Assembly (NCBI RefSeq): GCF_009834535.1
Contig: NC_045711.1
Span: forward strand, 40,920,001 to 40,984,000
Direction of reading: 5' to 3'
From: Camelus ferus
Lineage: Eukaryota
DNA: 64,000 nucleotides
The position numbers were made by a program, and so were the translations under genes. The notes beneath the pieces were generated by a model. It was given only the letters and a program-made list of their open reading frames with translations, had not been told where the DNA came from and did no database searches. Positions 12,690 to 26,600 of the stretch are shown here, piece after piece (within the stretch, counting starts at the first letter, position 1; each line of letters begins with the position of its first letter).

Positions 12690-14100
12690 TTTTTTTTTTT
12701 AAATAAAAATTTTGGAAACAATCTCAGATTTATAGAAAAGTTGCAAGTACAGTACAGGGTATATTTTTCTTCCTTGAATTATTTGAGAGTAAGTTGCTGA
12801 CCTGATGCTTTATCATCCCTGAATACTTTAGTGTTTATCTTCTGCAAATAAGGACATTCTCCAACATTACCACAAAACAACCATCAAAATCAGGAAGTTA
12901 ACACTGATGCATTACCATCATGTAATTCTTAGACCCGGCCCCCCAGTGTAATTCTTAGACCCGGTCCCCCAAATGTTGCTAGTTGTACCAGTAAATGTCC
13001 TTTATTGCAAAAAGGATACAGTTGAGGATCACACATTGCATTTATTTCTTATATCTTCTTGGTCTCCTTCAATCTGGAGCAGTGCCTCAGGCCTTCTTTG
13101 ATGTTTATAACCTTGACACTACTGACAGTTATTTTGTAGAAAGTTCTCAGTTTAGGATTGTTTAATGGTTCCTCATGTTTAATTTAGGTTATACATCTTC
13201 AACAGGAGTATCACAGGAATGTTCTTCAATGCATAATTTCAAGAGCTGCAGAAATTTTATTTGTCCCATTACTGGGAATGTTTGATCACTTGATTAAGAT
13301 GGTGCCTGCTGGGCATTTCCAGTGTAATGTTACTCTTTTCCCTTTGTAATTAACTAGTAAATATTTTGGGAGGAGATACTATGCAAGTATCTGTTCCTCT
13401 TAAGCCTCTCAGTTACCAGTTTATTTGCAGTAGTATGGACTCATGATTTCCTGTTTTATTCAATTTTATTCAATTTAATCTGTTATCTTTGTTTTGATGT
13501 TCAGAATATTTTGCTAGTAAATCAAGAAAAAAATGTATATATAACTATGTATTTAATTAACCTTGAAGATGCCCAAGTGATTTGCTGTCCTTTTATTTCA
13601 AAGGATTGGCTGATACTAACCCAAACTAACATCTTATGAACAGTAGTAGAAAACAAAACCTTCTAATTATTCTATTCCTAGAACATGCCTCCTTTACTCA
13701 GTGTACCCATTTTCTGTCCCCTCTGATTTCTACTGTGTAAACTTTTCTTTCTGGAGTTTCCCTCACTGATTGAGCATCCTGTAGTTTCTGTGTTCTTTGA
13801 CATGTCACTGTTATTCTTTGAGCACTTCCTTCCTTTCCTGCACGGTAAGATGTACCAGACTCATCTAGTACTTTCTCTGCCTCAGCCATTTCTCCAAGGA
13901 GCCTTTGTTCCTGTTAGTGAAGAATTTAGTATTTAGAAGTCAAGATCTGAGCAGACCCTATTGGGGCTCATTGCTACTGGATGGGAAGTATTCACTGCAT
14001 CCATCCCTCTGGGGATGCTCTCATTCCACATAGGTTCTGGCTCCCTTCAACTTTGTGGATACCCTCCTCACTCTTTTTGGGTACTTCTATTTCTAATTCA
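12690..14100 (-). mobile_element. old L1 (L1MC-type) fragment
   Basis: AATCTCAGATTTATAGAAAAGTTGCAAG...AAGGACATTCTCC...AAAATCAGGAAGTTAACACTGAT motifs. Distal boundary approximate. Confidence 0.6.
12921..12972. repeat. 26-bp tandem duplication (near perfect) inside the L1
   Basis: TGTAATTCTTAGACCCGGCCCCCCAG at 12921 and TGTAATTCTTAGACCCGGTCCCCCAA at 12947. Confidence 0.9.
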
Positions 14101-15049
14101 GTTGAAATGACTTAACAGGAAACTAGATGAAAGTTGGTAAGGACACTTAGTTGGTGAGGGAGACCTCAGAGAGAAATGTTTACAGATTAGAAATTAGGAT
14201 AGTGAGTGGGGTACATTAAGTAAAGGAGGCATGTACCAAGAATAGAAGAGTTGTGAACTTTTGTTTTCTGCCACTGTCTATAAAATATTAATTTGTGTAG
14301 TGTTAATCATTTCTTTAAGGTATCTTTGCGGTAAAGAAAGGCAGATCATTTGGACATTGGTAAGATAAAACATGTATTTTTTTTTCCCTGATTTACTCTG
14401 TGCTAAAGTAATCTTGAGTTAAATTGCTTTGTTTGGGTGGGACTTAATATTTGGTCTAAGACAAATATTTGACCAGTTAGAACCAGTCACACACTGCCAA
14501 ATAACAATGCTGAATGATGATGGAATTTCTTAGGGCCACTTAAGGGAGCAGAATTCTGCTGATCAGTTGATCTGTGAGTGAGTTGTGATACTTTGAGTCC
14601 TAGAGAAACGTAAAGAACTACTTTGTTAGTTTTTGTTTTGTTTCCCAAGGCAGTTCCTGAAATGACAAAGCTTCCTAAAGCTAACTTCAGAATCTTATTT
14701 CCGTGGGTGTTTACTCTGGCTATAAAAGTTATTTTTCTAGCAGGGACAGGGACTGTCTCTCTGTTCTCTCTTTACGGGTGGAAATAGCCAGTATTCTGAA
14801 TTTCATTAGCTAATTGTGGTGGTTTGCAAGGTGTGGGAGGAGGGGTTGCTCCTTTTCCTCAATAAGCTTTCACTTCCTGGGTCCTTTTGAGGTTTAGCAG
14901 CCTCTCCCACTTTCAAAGGACACCTTTAGCTTCAGAAGCCTAGTAATTCCCTGGGTAAGTGGAGTGTGAGCCATAAAGCCTCAAGTGATAGTGAGTCTCA
15001 GTGAAATGGCAAGGTAAGATTTTTCTATTTTTTGCTAAGGCTATAGAAA

Positions 15050-15127
15050 CTCTCACCAAAATTGTTATACATCAGAATTCCTCATCATCTCTCACCAAAA
15101 TTGTTATACATCAGAATTCCTCATCAT
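15050..15127. repeat. perfect 39-bp tandem duplication
   Basis: CTCTCACCAAAATTGTTATACATCAGAATTCCTCATCAT at 15050 and 15089. Confidence 0.95.
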
Positions 15128-16329
15128 CCTCTACTCAGGCTGGGGGAGAAGGAAAAGCCTAAATGAACAGAACATATTAGTATATCAATCATGCCTTATC
15201 CTAGTACCTTAAAATCTGCCTTTTGCCAAACTCACCCTGGATGGCAGCAGGCTAGAAGATACGGTGAAGGGTGATGTGTTTAACTTCATTTCCTACCTGC
15301 ACTGAATTTACTAGCCTTTCTTAAACTCTTCAGTAGAAATCTAAGGCCCATAAGCTCAAGGCATTGTGCACAGAGAACTAGTTCTAGGAAGGTAACAGGC
15401 CAAATGAATATATAGAGGATATAGTAGATTCATGGCCATGGAAAAGTGTGAGTTCCTTTTCACCCCAAATTTAAAATACCTTAAAGAGCAGAAAGATGCT
15501 ACTTGTCAGAGACCTTGGTGGGCTCTATGATAGCCAGCCAGCTTCCATCGTAGTTCAAGTGTCCAAAATGGAAACTGACTTAGAAAAGGTGAGTTGAGAG
15601 TGGGTTCAGAGTTAGTCAGGGTTTACTTCTCACATTCAGGGGAGAGTTTGAGGGTAGGAGGGAAAGAATTTTCTGTATGAGGACTGTTTGAGAATGAGAG
15701 ATAACTGTTTGATCATTACTTGTATTATTCTCTGACACAATTTCCTCAGTGTGAAAGATACAGCTTTCCCATGGAAAAAGGTCTGACCACTTGAACCTAA
15801 AGCTTTTCTTTGCTTGCCTTTATGTAGTCACTTTCCTAATACATTCTTACCATGGTTATAGTTGCTGGCTGTTTGTCTGTTTTTGGAAAGGAATTTTCAC
15901 CAAAAGCTGATTCCAAAGTGTTAGGCTAGCCAAAGTATAATAGAGTTACAGTGCAGAGTGCTGATCTGGGACAGGTAGTTCCCTAAATCCATAGAAAAGT
16001 CAGTAATTACGTTTACACTTAAAAAAACAAAGCCATGGCTTAGAATTGTATGTTCTTGTTGTACATAATAGTGTAAGAAGGATATGATAGGTGCTCAATA
16101 AATGTTGACTTGAGAGGGGGCTGTGGTATAGTGCAATGTTTTTTCAAACAATTTTGTTTGTGCCCATAATAAGGATTGCATCCTAGTAAATACACACGTG
16201 TAATTTAAGTAGCTGAAACAGAGTCATGAAACAGTAAGCATTCTTACTGTTACTTTGTGATTTTTTTTTTAAGGCTACTCACAGCTTGCAGATTAAAAAG
16301 TACTTGTCTAATGGAATGAGCCACAGGTT

Positions 16330-16520
16330 AGGAGTTCAGAGAATCTAATATGGGGACTACTATCCCCCTGCATATCACTGGTTAAGTTACCTAATCTTTC
16401 TAAATCTGGGTTTCCTAATCTGTAGAATGGGAATGATACTTATTCCATCTAGGTTAAAAGATTATTTTAAATTTCAAGTGAAATTATGTAAACATGTTGC
16501 AGAGTGTAAAGAACTATCAA
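16330..16520 (+). mobile_element. MIR SINE fragment
   Basis: GTTAAGTTACCTAATCTTTCT...GGGTTTCCTAATCTGTAGAATGGGAATGATA core. Confidence 0.6.
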
Positions 16521-16634
16521 ATGTAAGGTGATGGTTTGGTTCTGTTGGCAAAATAGAAAGTGACCTGAATTTTAATAGATTAGGAAAGTGATAATAGTCA
16601 ACATTTGAATGGTGTTCAAGCACTTGAGTATATT

Positions 16635-16760
16635 AAATTCATTTAATCCTTTCAACGATCCTACTAAAAGTAGTACATTTTACAGATGAAGTTAAGTTTT
16701 TTCCCCCCAGATCACACAGCTAGTAAGCCGCAGAGCTGGGATTCAAACCCAGTCTTGTCT
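16635..16760 (-). mobile_element. MIR SINE fragment
   Basis: CATTTAATCCT...ATTTTACAGATGAAG...CAGATCACACAGCTAGTAAG...AGAGCTGGGATTCAAACCCAG. Confidence 0.7.
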
Positions 16761-19700
16761 CTTCAGCAGTCTGACATTGTGCCCCCTTGTTAATCCAGAT
16801 TTTTTGACGTAATTTGAGCTACAGTTGATACTTAATCTATATGTGAATTTTCCTCTTTTAAAAATTTATCAGAAAATGACTGCCCTTGCCACCCACTTTT
16901 TTCCTAGGTTACTTTCTTGACTCTGTTGGTTTTATGTTCAAGAAATGAAAGCTAAGTAGAATGTTACCCTAACCTAGCTAGCTCAGATTTATATGATTTC
17001 CTTGCTTTTGGACATTTAGTTGATTGTTTTCATACAACTATGAACAATTTGTAGTGAAGAGAGTTGTATGTAAATCTTTGTTTACATCGCTGATTATTTC
17101 CTTAAATTAGATTTTAGAAGTGTAATTACTGTATCAGAGTATGAATATTTAAAAAACTGTTCATGCTTGTTTCCAGAGTGTGGCAATTTAACAACTCAAT
17201 TTAGTGACTCTTTACCATATCCTAGACGCTGTATGTATTAGATTTTTTTCAAACATGTTTGTCAAGTTTTAAGCAAAAAAAAAACATCGTCCCCTTTAAT
17301 TTATATTTCCTTAATTATTAGGTTGCTTACATTTCTGCACGCAACTTTGGTGGGAGCATGACTTTGGTGGGGGTCGTATCTTCAGTCCACTCACATGCAT
17401 TCAGGTGTTACCGTGGATCCTGTCTCTTCCACTGCTCCCATTCATAACTCTTCAACACCTGTTAGGCCATCCTTGCAGTTTTGACAAACTATCCTCTTAG
17501 GTAGTGTAAATCAGTGCTGCTTATTACATAGCAAAAATACAGGTTTATAAATGTTCCTTGAAATTTCTAAACCTAGCAGTGAACTTTGATGAGGCACTTT
17601 GGACTCTCAGAAAAGGAAGACACTTTAGCACCAGGGTGAGGAAACACAGGCACACACAGAGCCAGACAGTCTCATCTAGCTTGTTTCAGAGTAACACCTT
17701 GTGGTCATGTACTCAGGATGGAGCAGGCTTTCCAAATGACCTTGAGTCTCTTAAATTTCTGTCACCCTTCAAACATGAAAGTCAGACTCTAGACTGGGTA
17801 GAGGGCCTGCTCTGGTGAGGTGATTCTGAGGCAAGGGAGTCACTAGAGAATCTGGCCTCTGTTGTACCTTGTACAGTTGAGGGGAGGAGAAAGGGCATGA
17901 ATAAGCAACTTGTTTAGCTGTTCTTTAAATACATGCTTGCCAAACATTTTTAACAGCCTGCTAAATTCTTAAAATTCTTTTTCCATATTGTGGCTGTGAT
18001 CTGTAAGATTACAGAAGCTACACTGGGAAATTGTCATTTCCATTTTTATCTGAATGAATGCCTGTCTATGGTCTGACTTTTTTGGGGCTCAGTCAAGGCC
18101 TATTAAAGGACTTTTTAGATACCCTAAGACTTAAAGTTGTACCCAAATCCTACAGATTTCCTTTTTTTTTTTTTTTTTTTAATGGTTTGACTCTTGCCTC
18201 AGTTTTCCCATACGGGTGTGAGATCAGTGCTTCTCTGGCAGCTTTTCATGGTCTCATGTAGGACTGAGGACTTTGAAGATTAAAAACTGCTACATAATGA
18301 TAGCTTATTTGTTGAATTATATTTCATCTGAGTAATAATCGGAAACTTTCTGCCTCCGTACAAGTTTCTACAGGAAATTGTGAAAGGTAAAAATCCAATA
18401 TTTGTGTCTTATCTCAAGGAAGCGGTTTCTTCTGGTTTCTTGTTGTTCTCGTTGTGTTGCTGGGCACAGCCCCAAGTACTTATGAGTAAAATTCTACCCA
18501 GCCTGATAGCTCTGCTTGCAGTTATGAATGTGATTAAATACAAAGGTCAGTCTACCTTTCTGGAATGGTTCAGCTTAAGTTATAGTGATCCAGTCCTGAT
18601 AGGAAACTGAAGCCTATTACACACTATTATGAAAAGTTGCAAGTTCTGATTTAGCAGCCTGCAATGAACACAGCCTTTATTTCACATTTTTAGAACACTG
18701 ATTTCTACCTAATGGGGATTAAAGTATTGAAGCCAAAGGATACTTTTCAATACAATGCAAAGTAGTACCTGGGCTCTTTTTTTTTTTTTTTTTTTTTTTA
18801 GGTGCCTAGGCGGCTTTTATCTCCTCTGCCCTCACTCCCAGAGTGAAGGCACCTGTGTACACACCTACACAGACACATGTTGGCACTTGTATTATCCGTG
18901 TGTTTCAAGGACTTAAATTCAGATAAATTCCAGAGCCTGGGATTAAAGTGTATGTTGTTTTTCAGGAGTGAACCAGTAATATTTATTAAACAAATTCACA
19001 CTCAATTTGAAAAGTTAATGTCCAGGGTAAATACTTTCCTGGGTCCTGAATAACAAATTTAGGAGAAACCACTGAGTCATAAATGAATAATAAGAGGATC
19101 CAGGAAAGAGTATTCATGCTGAAGAAAGCACTGGCAGAGAAAGCACCTAATTTAGGGACCAGATTATTGGAGGTTGGAAACAGAATAGGAAGAGGACCTG
19201 TTGTGATGGGTTCTAAAGGGTAGTTAGGAGTAATGTTTCCAAACCTCATATGTCCAGTTACATGGAGATGGTTTGCAGCAGCGATAGTTCTGGGCTTTCA
19301 ACAAATTTAGTTCAGAGGGAACATCCATCTTTCTCTCCTTCTCTTTCTCTCAGCCTAGAGTTGTGAGGTCACAATTGCAAGTGACTTCAAGTCCCCTATT
19401 GGGTTAAAGATAAAGAAGAAAGATGCCTTAGAGCAATGATGAACTTTATTCAGGTTGGGTAAGCAGTGAAAAGTACAAAGTAGTTGGAAGTTCATAGTTA
19501 CCTGGGCTGACAAAATTGCCTGTTGAATAGATTATTTCATTGACACAGACCATAAAGATGACTGATTCTGCAGAATCTAATTTACTAAACATGTAACTTT
19601 TGCCATCTTTGGACCTGTTTATTTTCCCCAGAGCAGTATTTCCCTTAGGTTTTAACCTAGTTTCTTGGACCCCAGGAGTAAAGGAACAAGGAGCAGTAGG

Positions 19701-21679
19701 TTAAAACTTTTACCCCATTATCAAAAAGTGGTCTTTTTAGATAAGCCTTTGCCTCATGGATGAGAAGGCTTATTGAGAGATAGTGATGACTCTTAATGCA
19801 GTTTCTCAGTGTTCATCATATTCTCTTAAGATGCAGGTACTCAGGGTTTTCACTGTTGGGTATATTTTATAAAGTGGAGTCAAGTAACAAAGGGCATAAC
19901 ATTTTCTTATCCTGGGATTTCAGAGATGGCACTGCTCTCAATTTCATTTTTTAATTAAAGTCCATGAATGGCAGATTTAAAATTTTGAATCATAGCATAA
20001 ATAATAAACTGGGCTAGTCAACCTATTTGGGGTGGGGGGGGCGGTGAGGGTTCTTTTTGAAGGCAGGGAAAGGAAAGGAAAACAGGAGAGAGGCCTGGCA
20101 AAGAAGGGTACTGGAAGACATTCGATTGTGGGTGGTGAGACTTGCTGGGAAGTGATTAGATCGTTTCACTCTCAACTCCCAAGTAAAAATTCCTTTGCTA
20201 ACATTTTCTTTTCTTTCCCCCTCCTTTTCTCACTAAAAAAAAACATATGAAGAGTCTTCCTCCTTTTCTACCCTTCAGTGGTCTTAAGCATAGACAGGGA
20301 CAAACAGTACAAACAGCTGAACTTTTCCTACCAGCACAAACCTGTCCTAAGGCAGAGATGATCCTTTATCAGATGCCACTCAGGAAAGCAGAGAGTGTGA
20401 TTCCACAACTCTAATAAAACCTCTACCAGCCTTGGGGGTCAGGGGGAGATGGGGAGCACGGATGAAAGTCCTTTTGAATTTTCCCAGTGGGGACAAGGGC
20501 TTTGTTCCTTAATTCAAGGTAGTCTGGGAAAAGCTAGCACTTGTGCAAATGCCCCAGGGGAGTTTGAACACCTTAATTCTGTGCACACTGTGATACTGTC
20601 GTCTCCCTGCTTAGGGAACAGACCAGCTGGTGGTAGGAAAGCTGGCTGAGAGCTGTCAGAGAGGTTCTGCCAAGAACTTTTTTCTTTCTCTATGATGTCT
20701 GTAGCTCATTTGGCCTGAGCCCCAAGTTACTACTTGATTTAGTTCAAAGTCAGGACTTGAATTTTGAGGCTCTTTCAGAAAAGGAAGAACCTGGTGTTGA
20801 CTTCTGGGTCTAATTGTGCTTCTGGAAATATCAGCTGTAAAATTATATTGGAATTTACGTTTAAGAAAAAGCCAGATGGTAATCAAAATGTGTGGGTGGT
20901 TTAAAGTTTTTAAATAAAAGGCCTGTGCTTCGCTGCCAGGCCTCCAGAGGAGCTTTATGCTGTGCATCCCTGCTTTCTAGAATAGATTATGGAAGTTGCT
21001 TCCTTCCCGTTTCATCACAACCCTCATTGACCTTGCTACATTCTCTGCCTTCCCTGCCCTAACAGAACCTGATTCTTGATTTCAGTAGAACTGCTCAAGA
21101 GGCTTGAAGACTTCCTTAGAGCGCAGTCTTTTGCAAAGGATGGCAGACCCCTGAACTCTTAAAGAAAGGGTCACAATATAGAGGCTGCACTCCTAGCAGC
21201 CCAGATGATGTCAGTAAGAACTCAAGAGTATTCTAGACTTGCTGGGTGGTTCTGGTTGGGGACATAAATCATAGAGGGTTGCACTCTCTGGTGTCTTTCT
21301 CACATGTACTCCTTCCTGCCCAAACTATACACTGACGTTCTGTAGTCTACAGAATTCACCTCTTGTTTTTTGCTCCTTTGTTTGCTGTCGGTAAACCTGT
21401 TAATGCCTTTTGCCACAGTTTAGCTGGCTTATTATTTCTCTCCTGTTCTTCCTATTGAAATCCAGACTTGTGGCTTGAAGGGCAGTATCTTATGGTCAAC
21501 TCTTGGGATCCACAGCCCCTACTTATTTCTTCTTGGTTGCAGGTATAAAGATTTAATAGGTGTATCAGAGATTACAGTTATTCATAGGCTGGTTCCTTCC
21601 AAAAATTATAGCTGTCTGTGAGACAGCTGAGTGGATGTGTTTTTTTGTACCTCTAACATCACAGTATTTTAGCCTTCCA

Positions 21680-22030
21680 GGTGAAGTACAAGGTGTGGAA
21701 GTGAGTGTGCTTGGCTTGTTGGAAGAGCCCCAAGGAGACCTCCATGACTGGCCCTCAGTAAGAGGGGCAAAGGAGGTTAGAAGATGAGGTCAGAGAGGTA
21801 ATGGTAACAGATCATGGAAGGCCTTGTAGACTACGTTAGGATTTTGTATTTTATTCTGAGTGAGATGGGAAGTCTTTGGAGATTTTTGAGCTGATACGAT
21901 TTCCAATTAGAAAAATAAATTACTCTGGCTGCTGTGTGGAGAATAGATTAGGTGATAGGGGCAAGGGTGGAACAGAGAGACCATTTGGAAGGCTACTGTA
22001 GTAATCCAGGTTGAGATGATGAGACGACAA
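21680..22030 (-). mobile_element. L2 LINE fragment
   Basis: Purine-rich GATGAGGTCAGAGAGG...GAAGGCCTTGTAGAC...TTTTATTCTGAGTGAGATGGGAAG...ACTCTGGCTGCTGTGTGGAGAATAGA, typical of antisense L2. Confidence 0.65.
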
Positions 22031-23665
22031 GTGAAATGACTGCCTATCTCCAAGAAACGTTAGGAGACCTAATTGAGAAAGCATCACTAAAGCCCCTCAT
22101 ACAGCCCATTTCACAATATTAGCCTCCAGTATTTGTTAATTCCCTTCCTTTCCTTGGAGTTTGCCCTCAGCTATATTAGGACCATAGAGGAGAGGTTATT
22201 AAATAGAGATCAGCACTCACAAGGGAAGGGATTGTAAGCATTTGACCCCAACAGAAGACTTTTTATTTCTTGAGGCACTGCAGTTGGCACACTGTGTTCA
22301 TTCTGTCATCCCACCCACCAGAGACCTGAAAAGACTGAATCTGTGCCAGAACTCTGGGGCAGCTCTGTTCTCATTTAGGCATTCACTCTTCAGTTCTTTC
22401 TGCAGTTGCTATCTTAGACACAGTTTGAGCAGCCTCTTTTACAAAGTATCTTTTCAGCTACCTGGCCTTGCAAGCTGGAGCTCTCTGATACGCATTGTGA
22501 CAAGGTAGTTTCACATGCCTGAGAGGGCCCTCCAAGGGAAAGACAGAGGTTTTATGGTCTTTGTTTAACATTTGAGCTTTCTCCTCATTATTCTTTTGTT
22601 GTGATCTAAAGCCTTAATATGCCAACTTGATTTCTGGGTTTTGCAGTATTGGAAAGGAATTTCATGTGTTTTAGTACATTATACTTGCTTGAAAAAAGCT
22701 TGGTCTATGGTACACAGAGAGCTTGCACTGTTGACAGGCCTTCAGTGTCTAGTTGTTTGGACTGCTTATGTCTTGTTGGTAGACTTCACTGATGAAACCA
22801 TGCCATCTTGATAAAATGTCAGGATCGCCTGCCCAAAGAGGGCTGCTGGCAGCCTGCCACCTCCTTGATTTACGCTGGGAGCAAAGCAACTTTTTTCTTT
22901 TTTGGGTCCAGGAAGTCTAATTGTGTGAAAGGCAAATCCCAGTTGTTAATTTTGTCTCTTAGGATGCTTTTCTCCTTCTTTCTTTTAAAAGTGGGTTCAG
23001 GTGACTAGGGTCACAAATTGGACTTCAGGTGCCTTTGCAGCTCATATACAGCACTGCCTCTGGAGATGTGTGACTGCCCCAGCCCCTAGGCAGGGCTGCG
23101 AGTAGACCGAGCCAGGCCCTATGAGGGTGAGCTCTCTTTGGGAACGCTGTTCTGTTTTCAGGGAGAAATCATCTTTTCCTTCACCTGAGTAAAACCGTGC
23201 TCTATAGTGTTTCCACTCCTGCCGTACCTAGGGCACAGACGAAAGCCAGCATGCCGTGTATCTGGCAGTGCATGGGCTTATCCAAAAGCAGTAGCGAGAG
23301 GTAGTCTGCAGGAAATGCAAATGCCGAATGGGTGCATCTCTAGCTTGTGAATATAAAAGACCTTCGGCTGTTTGTGTGGATAGGTATTTTCTAGGTTTTA
23401 ATTTCCCTACCCGAGCATCTGTGCTGTCTGAAATATTTTAGCCATAGTAATAGTTGAGAGCAAATTGTTGCTACAGATAAAGACATAGATATATTTTCAA
23501 CCAACATGCTACTAATTAAATTGCTTATCTATCTAAACGTGGGCCTCTGCTGCTCATATCCGATGTCCCCAGTATCTTCCTTGAGGCGCCTTGTGTCCCA
23601 TGACCTCGTTTTTTTGTCATTACAGTGTGACCGACTGCCTCATGTTGTGCTGATGCTGGTCTGCC

Positions 23666-26600
23666 ATGCTAGCCTGTCTGCCAGGGCCAGGCGACCTGTC
23701 CTTTCAGCTTCTTTCTCACACGCAGATGAACGCTGGACTTCAGAAATGTAAGTAATCTGGATCCCAGGGGAGGATGTGATCCTTTATTTTGTCCCTACAT
23801 TTGGGCTATCCCAGAGGCACATTTGGAGTACCCTGACCGTGATCTTGGTCAGTAAGTACTGCTAAGATATTCTTCAGTGCAGATAGTAAAACAGCTGCAA
23901 AAATTGTCCACAATGTGAAACACTTCGCTGATCAGAGAGATCCTCTTAAACACTAGAATTCTCCAGTGTGTGTCATCTTCATTGTTGCTGACAGCTGTCT
24001 GTTGAGCGACACGGTTTATAAGGAGTTTTATAGGATATATATATTACCCTTCAAAGAAGTGTTTTAATTTGAACCTTCATGAGGAATTGAATGAAAACTC
24101 ACAGTCCGGATTACTTACTGTACCTCTGAAACAAACTGTTTCCACTATTCTGTTGTTTTGAACTCTCTGAGCCCTCTCTGCCTTGGAAACAGTTCCCTTT
24201 GGCTTTGCTGTCTGCTCCCTGAGCCGTTGCCCTTAGTTCATAGTAAGAAGCTTTTGCCTCCAGAAGGGATAGGGAGCTAGCTTTCTCAGTCTCTCTGGGT
24301 GTATTCCTGTTAATATGCTTGCCACAAGATTGATGTTTTGAGAACCTTCTGTTAGATTCCTGTCTTAAATTGGCTGGAATTGGGGCTTTATACTTCATAG
24401 TTTCCCAGATTCCTACCTTCTATCCCTGTACTATGTGATGTGCAAGGAGAAGATTCTATTCCTGGCTCATTACCATATACAATATCTTCAAGTGTAAAAA
24501 TGGTCCTAAATTTGGAGTAGACTTTCAGAGCAAAAAGGGGACATCAATGAGGCACCTAGGCTTACCCTTTAATAGGAGCTTCAGCATCTTACTTGAATCA
24601 ATCCTTTAGTACAGAGGTTGGCAAACTTTTTCTGTAAAGGGTCAGATGGCAGACATCTTAGGCTTTGTTGCACATACTCACCTTGCTGTCAGAGTGCACA
24701 GGCAGCCGTAGACAGTATGTAAACAAACGAGTGAGGCTGTGCGCCAGTAAAACTTTCTACAAAAGCACAGCAGCTGGGTTTTGGCTTGCGGGCTGTAGTT
24801 TGCTGCCTCTGTTCTTGAAATCATCTTCAGAAGTTAAAAATGGCCTAGCTTCTTGACTGCCTTTCTTTGAGAGAGAGTAAGACTCAGAGCCTAGCTAGTT
24901 CTAGAATTTGACCAGTGACTCCAAGTTGCATAATGACAAAGCTGAAGGTGACAGTGTTCCTTCTGCAGCTGCTTGACATAATAGGCAAGCTGTGCTGTAT
25001 CAGCTCTTCCCCAGCCTTTCTCTTACTAAATGACGATTGGGTGAGGAAGTTGTCGGTGCTCCCTAGCCACCCAAATCTGCATGCTCGCTGCATTGTGACT
25101 GGTTCCAGGCTTCTAGGGACGCAACTAGGGAAGGAGTATGCTCGGAAGCATATAATAAGATGACAAAGAGCAGCTCACTGTCTTTTTCTTCTAGGTTCCT
25201 TATCACACTTTGACAGCTTCACCCAGAGATGTGTTATCAAGGGCTGAGCCATTTGGGAGGAAAGGCGAATTGGCAGCTTTATCTTGGATGCTGATTTGGG
25301 ACCTCCACTCCCTTCTCCTCAAAGTAGCCCCTAGTAGCCTCTGCCAACCACTGTCCTAAATCTCTCTTCAAGAATTGAGATATCCTTCTTCCCTGGTTTC
25401 AGGCTCACCTGTCCGTGGGGGACTGTATATTTGAGCCTCTTCGACTCTCTTGTTGCTCTCCTTAACTACACCCAAATTTTTGCAGAGGAGAAAACCCAGT
25501 AGTGTTTTTAAGCTCACTTTTGCTTTCTTCTTTCCTCTCCCCAAATGTATAAGAAAAAATCCTGTCATGTGACTCACCGCTTTTGCATTAAGCATTTACA
25601 GTTAAGGTGAGACGGAGCAAAAGCTGTCTCCTTTGGAAACCAACAGCCCAGGAGCTGCTCAGAGCCCAGGCCTATCAGCTATAGAGATCTTAAAGCCAGT
25701 TTTGTGATTCTGCTATTCAGCCTTTCCCTGCCACCATCCTCAGGAGAGTTGCTAGAAACACAGAACTCAGTATTTGATGGGGTGGGGATGGGGGACAAAT
25801 GTTATAGCTTAATACACTTTATATTGCTAGAGCTCAAGGCAGGAGAGCTAGGTCAAGGGTCAGGACATGGGATATGTGGCTTCTTGACCCAGCACTGTAA
25901 GTCACCTGGCTAATCACTCTTCCCCAGGCTTGAGCTGCCATATGTACAGGATCACAGGACTGGTCCCTTCTAAGGCCAACATTTTCTTCTCTACATGCAT
26001 AAGAGGATGTAATGCATTTCCCAACCTAGAGGTGCAGTTTGCCATAGTGTAGCAGACTGAATTAAAGTACATCTTGGCTTTGGGTGGGTCCTGTACCTGG
26101 TAGAAGACCACAGCTGAGGTTAGGTGGATGCCCTAGAACTATTCTAGATTGTATATTCCATAATGGCACTTGCTTTGAGAGTCCTCAGCCATTTGGAACC
26201 TTGTACTTGCAAAATTTGTTTTCCTCTGATCCATCTTCTCTTAGTTCCTCAGAAAATGTATTTTTGAACATTTTTTTGTCTTCATTAACTCCAAGCCTCT
26301 GCTTCTCTTTCTCCAGCTCATGGTAAGGTATATAGTGGTGGCTCAGTAAATATTTCTAGGTAGAATGGCTTAAATGACCAAAGTCCTTGGTCCTCAAATC
26401 ATCTTTTAGTCAAAACTTTGACCTCTTTCATTGTAGAATCAGTCTTGGGGCCTAGGACAGATATCAAAGTTAATCTTTTATGGCTTCTCTGCATGCCTGT
26501 CTGCCCCCTAGTGGAAGGGCCTGGAAATGGTGAATTGGCCCAGTGACTGGATAAATTCAGAAATATCAGAAATATTAGTTGACATTTATTGAGTGCTTAC

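Noticed and set aside
3507-15127. CRISPR-like arrays
   Set aside because: Only two-copy tandem duplications without unique spacers, in a mammalian genome.
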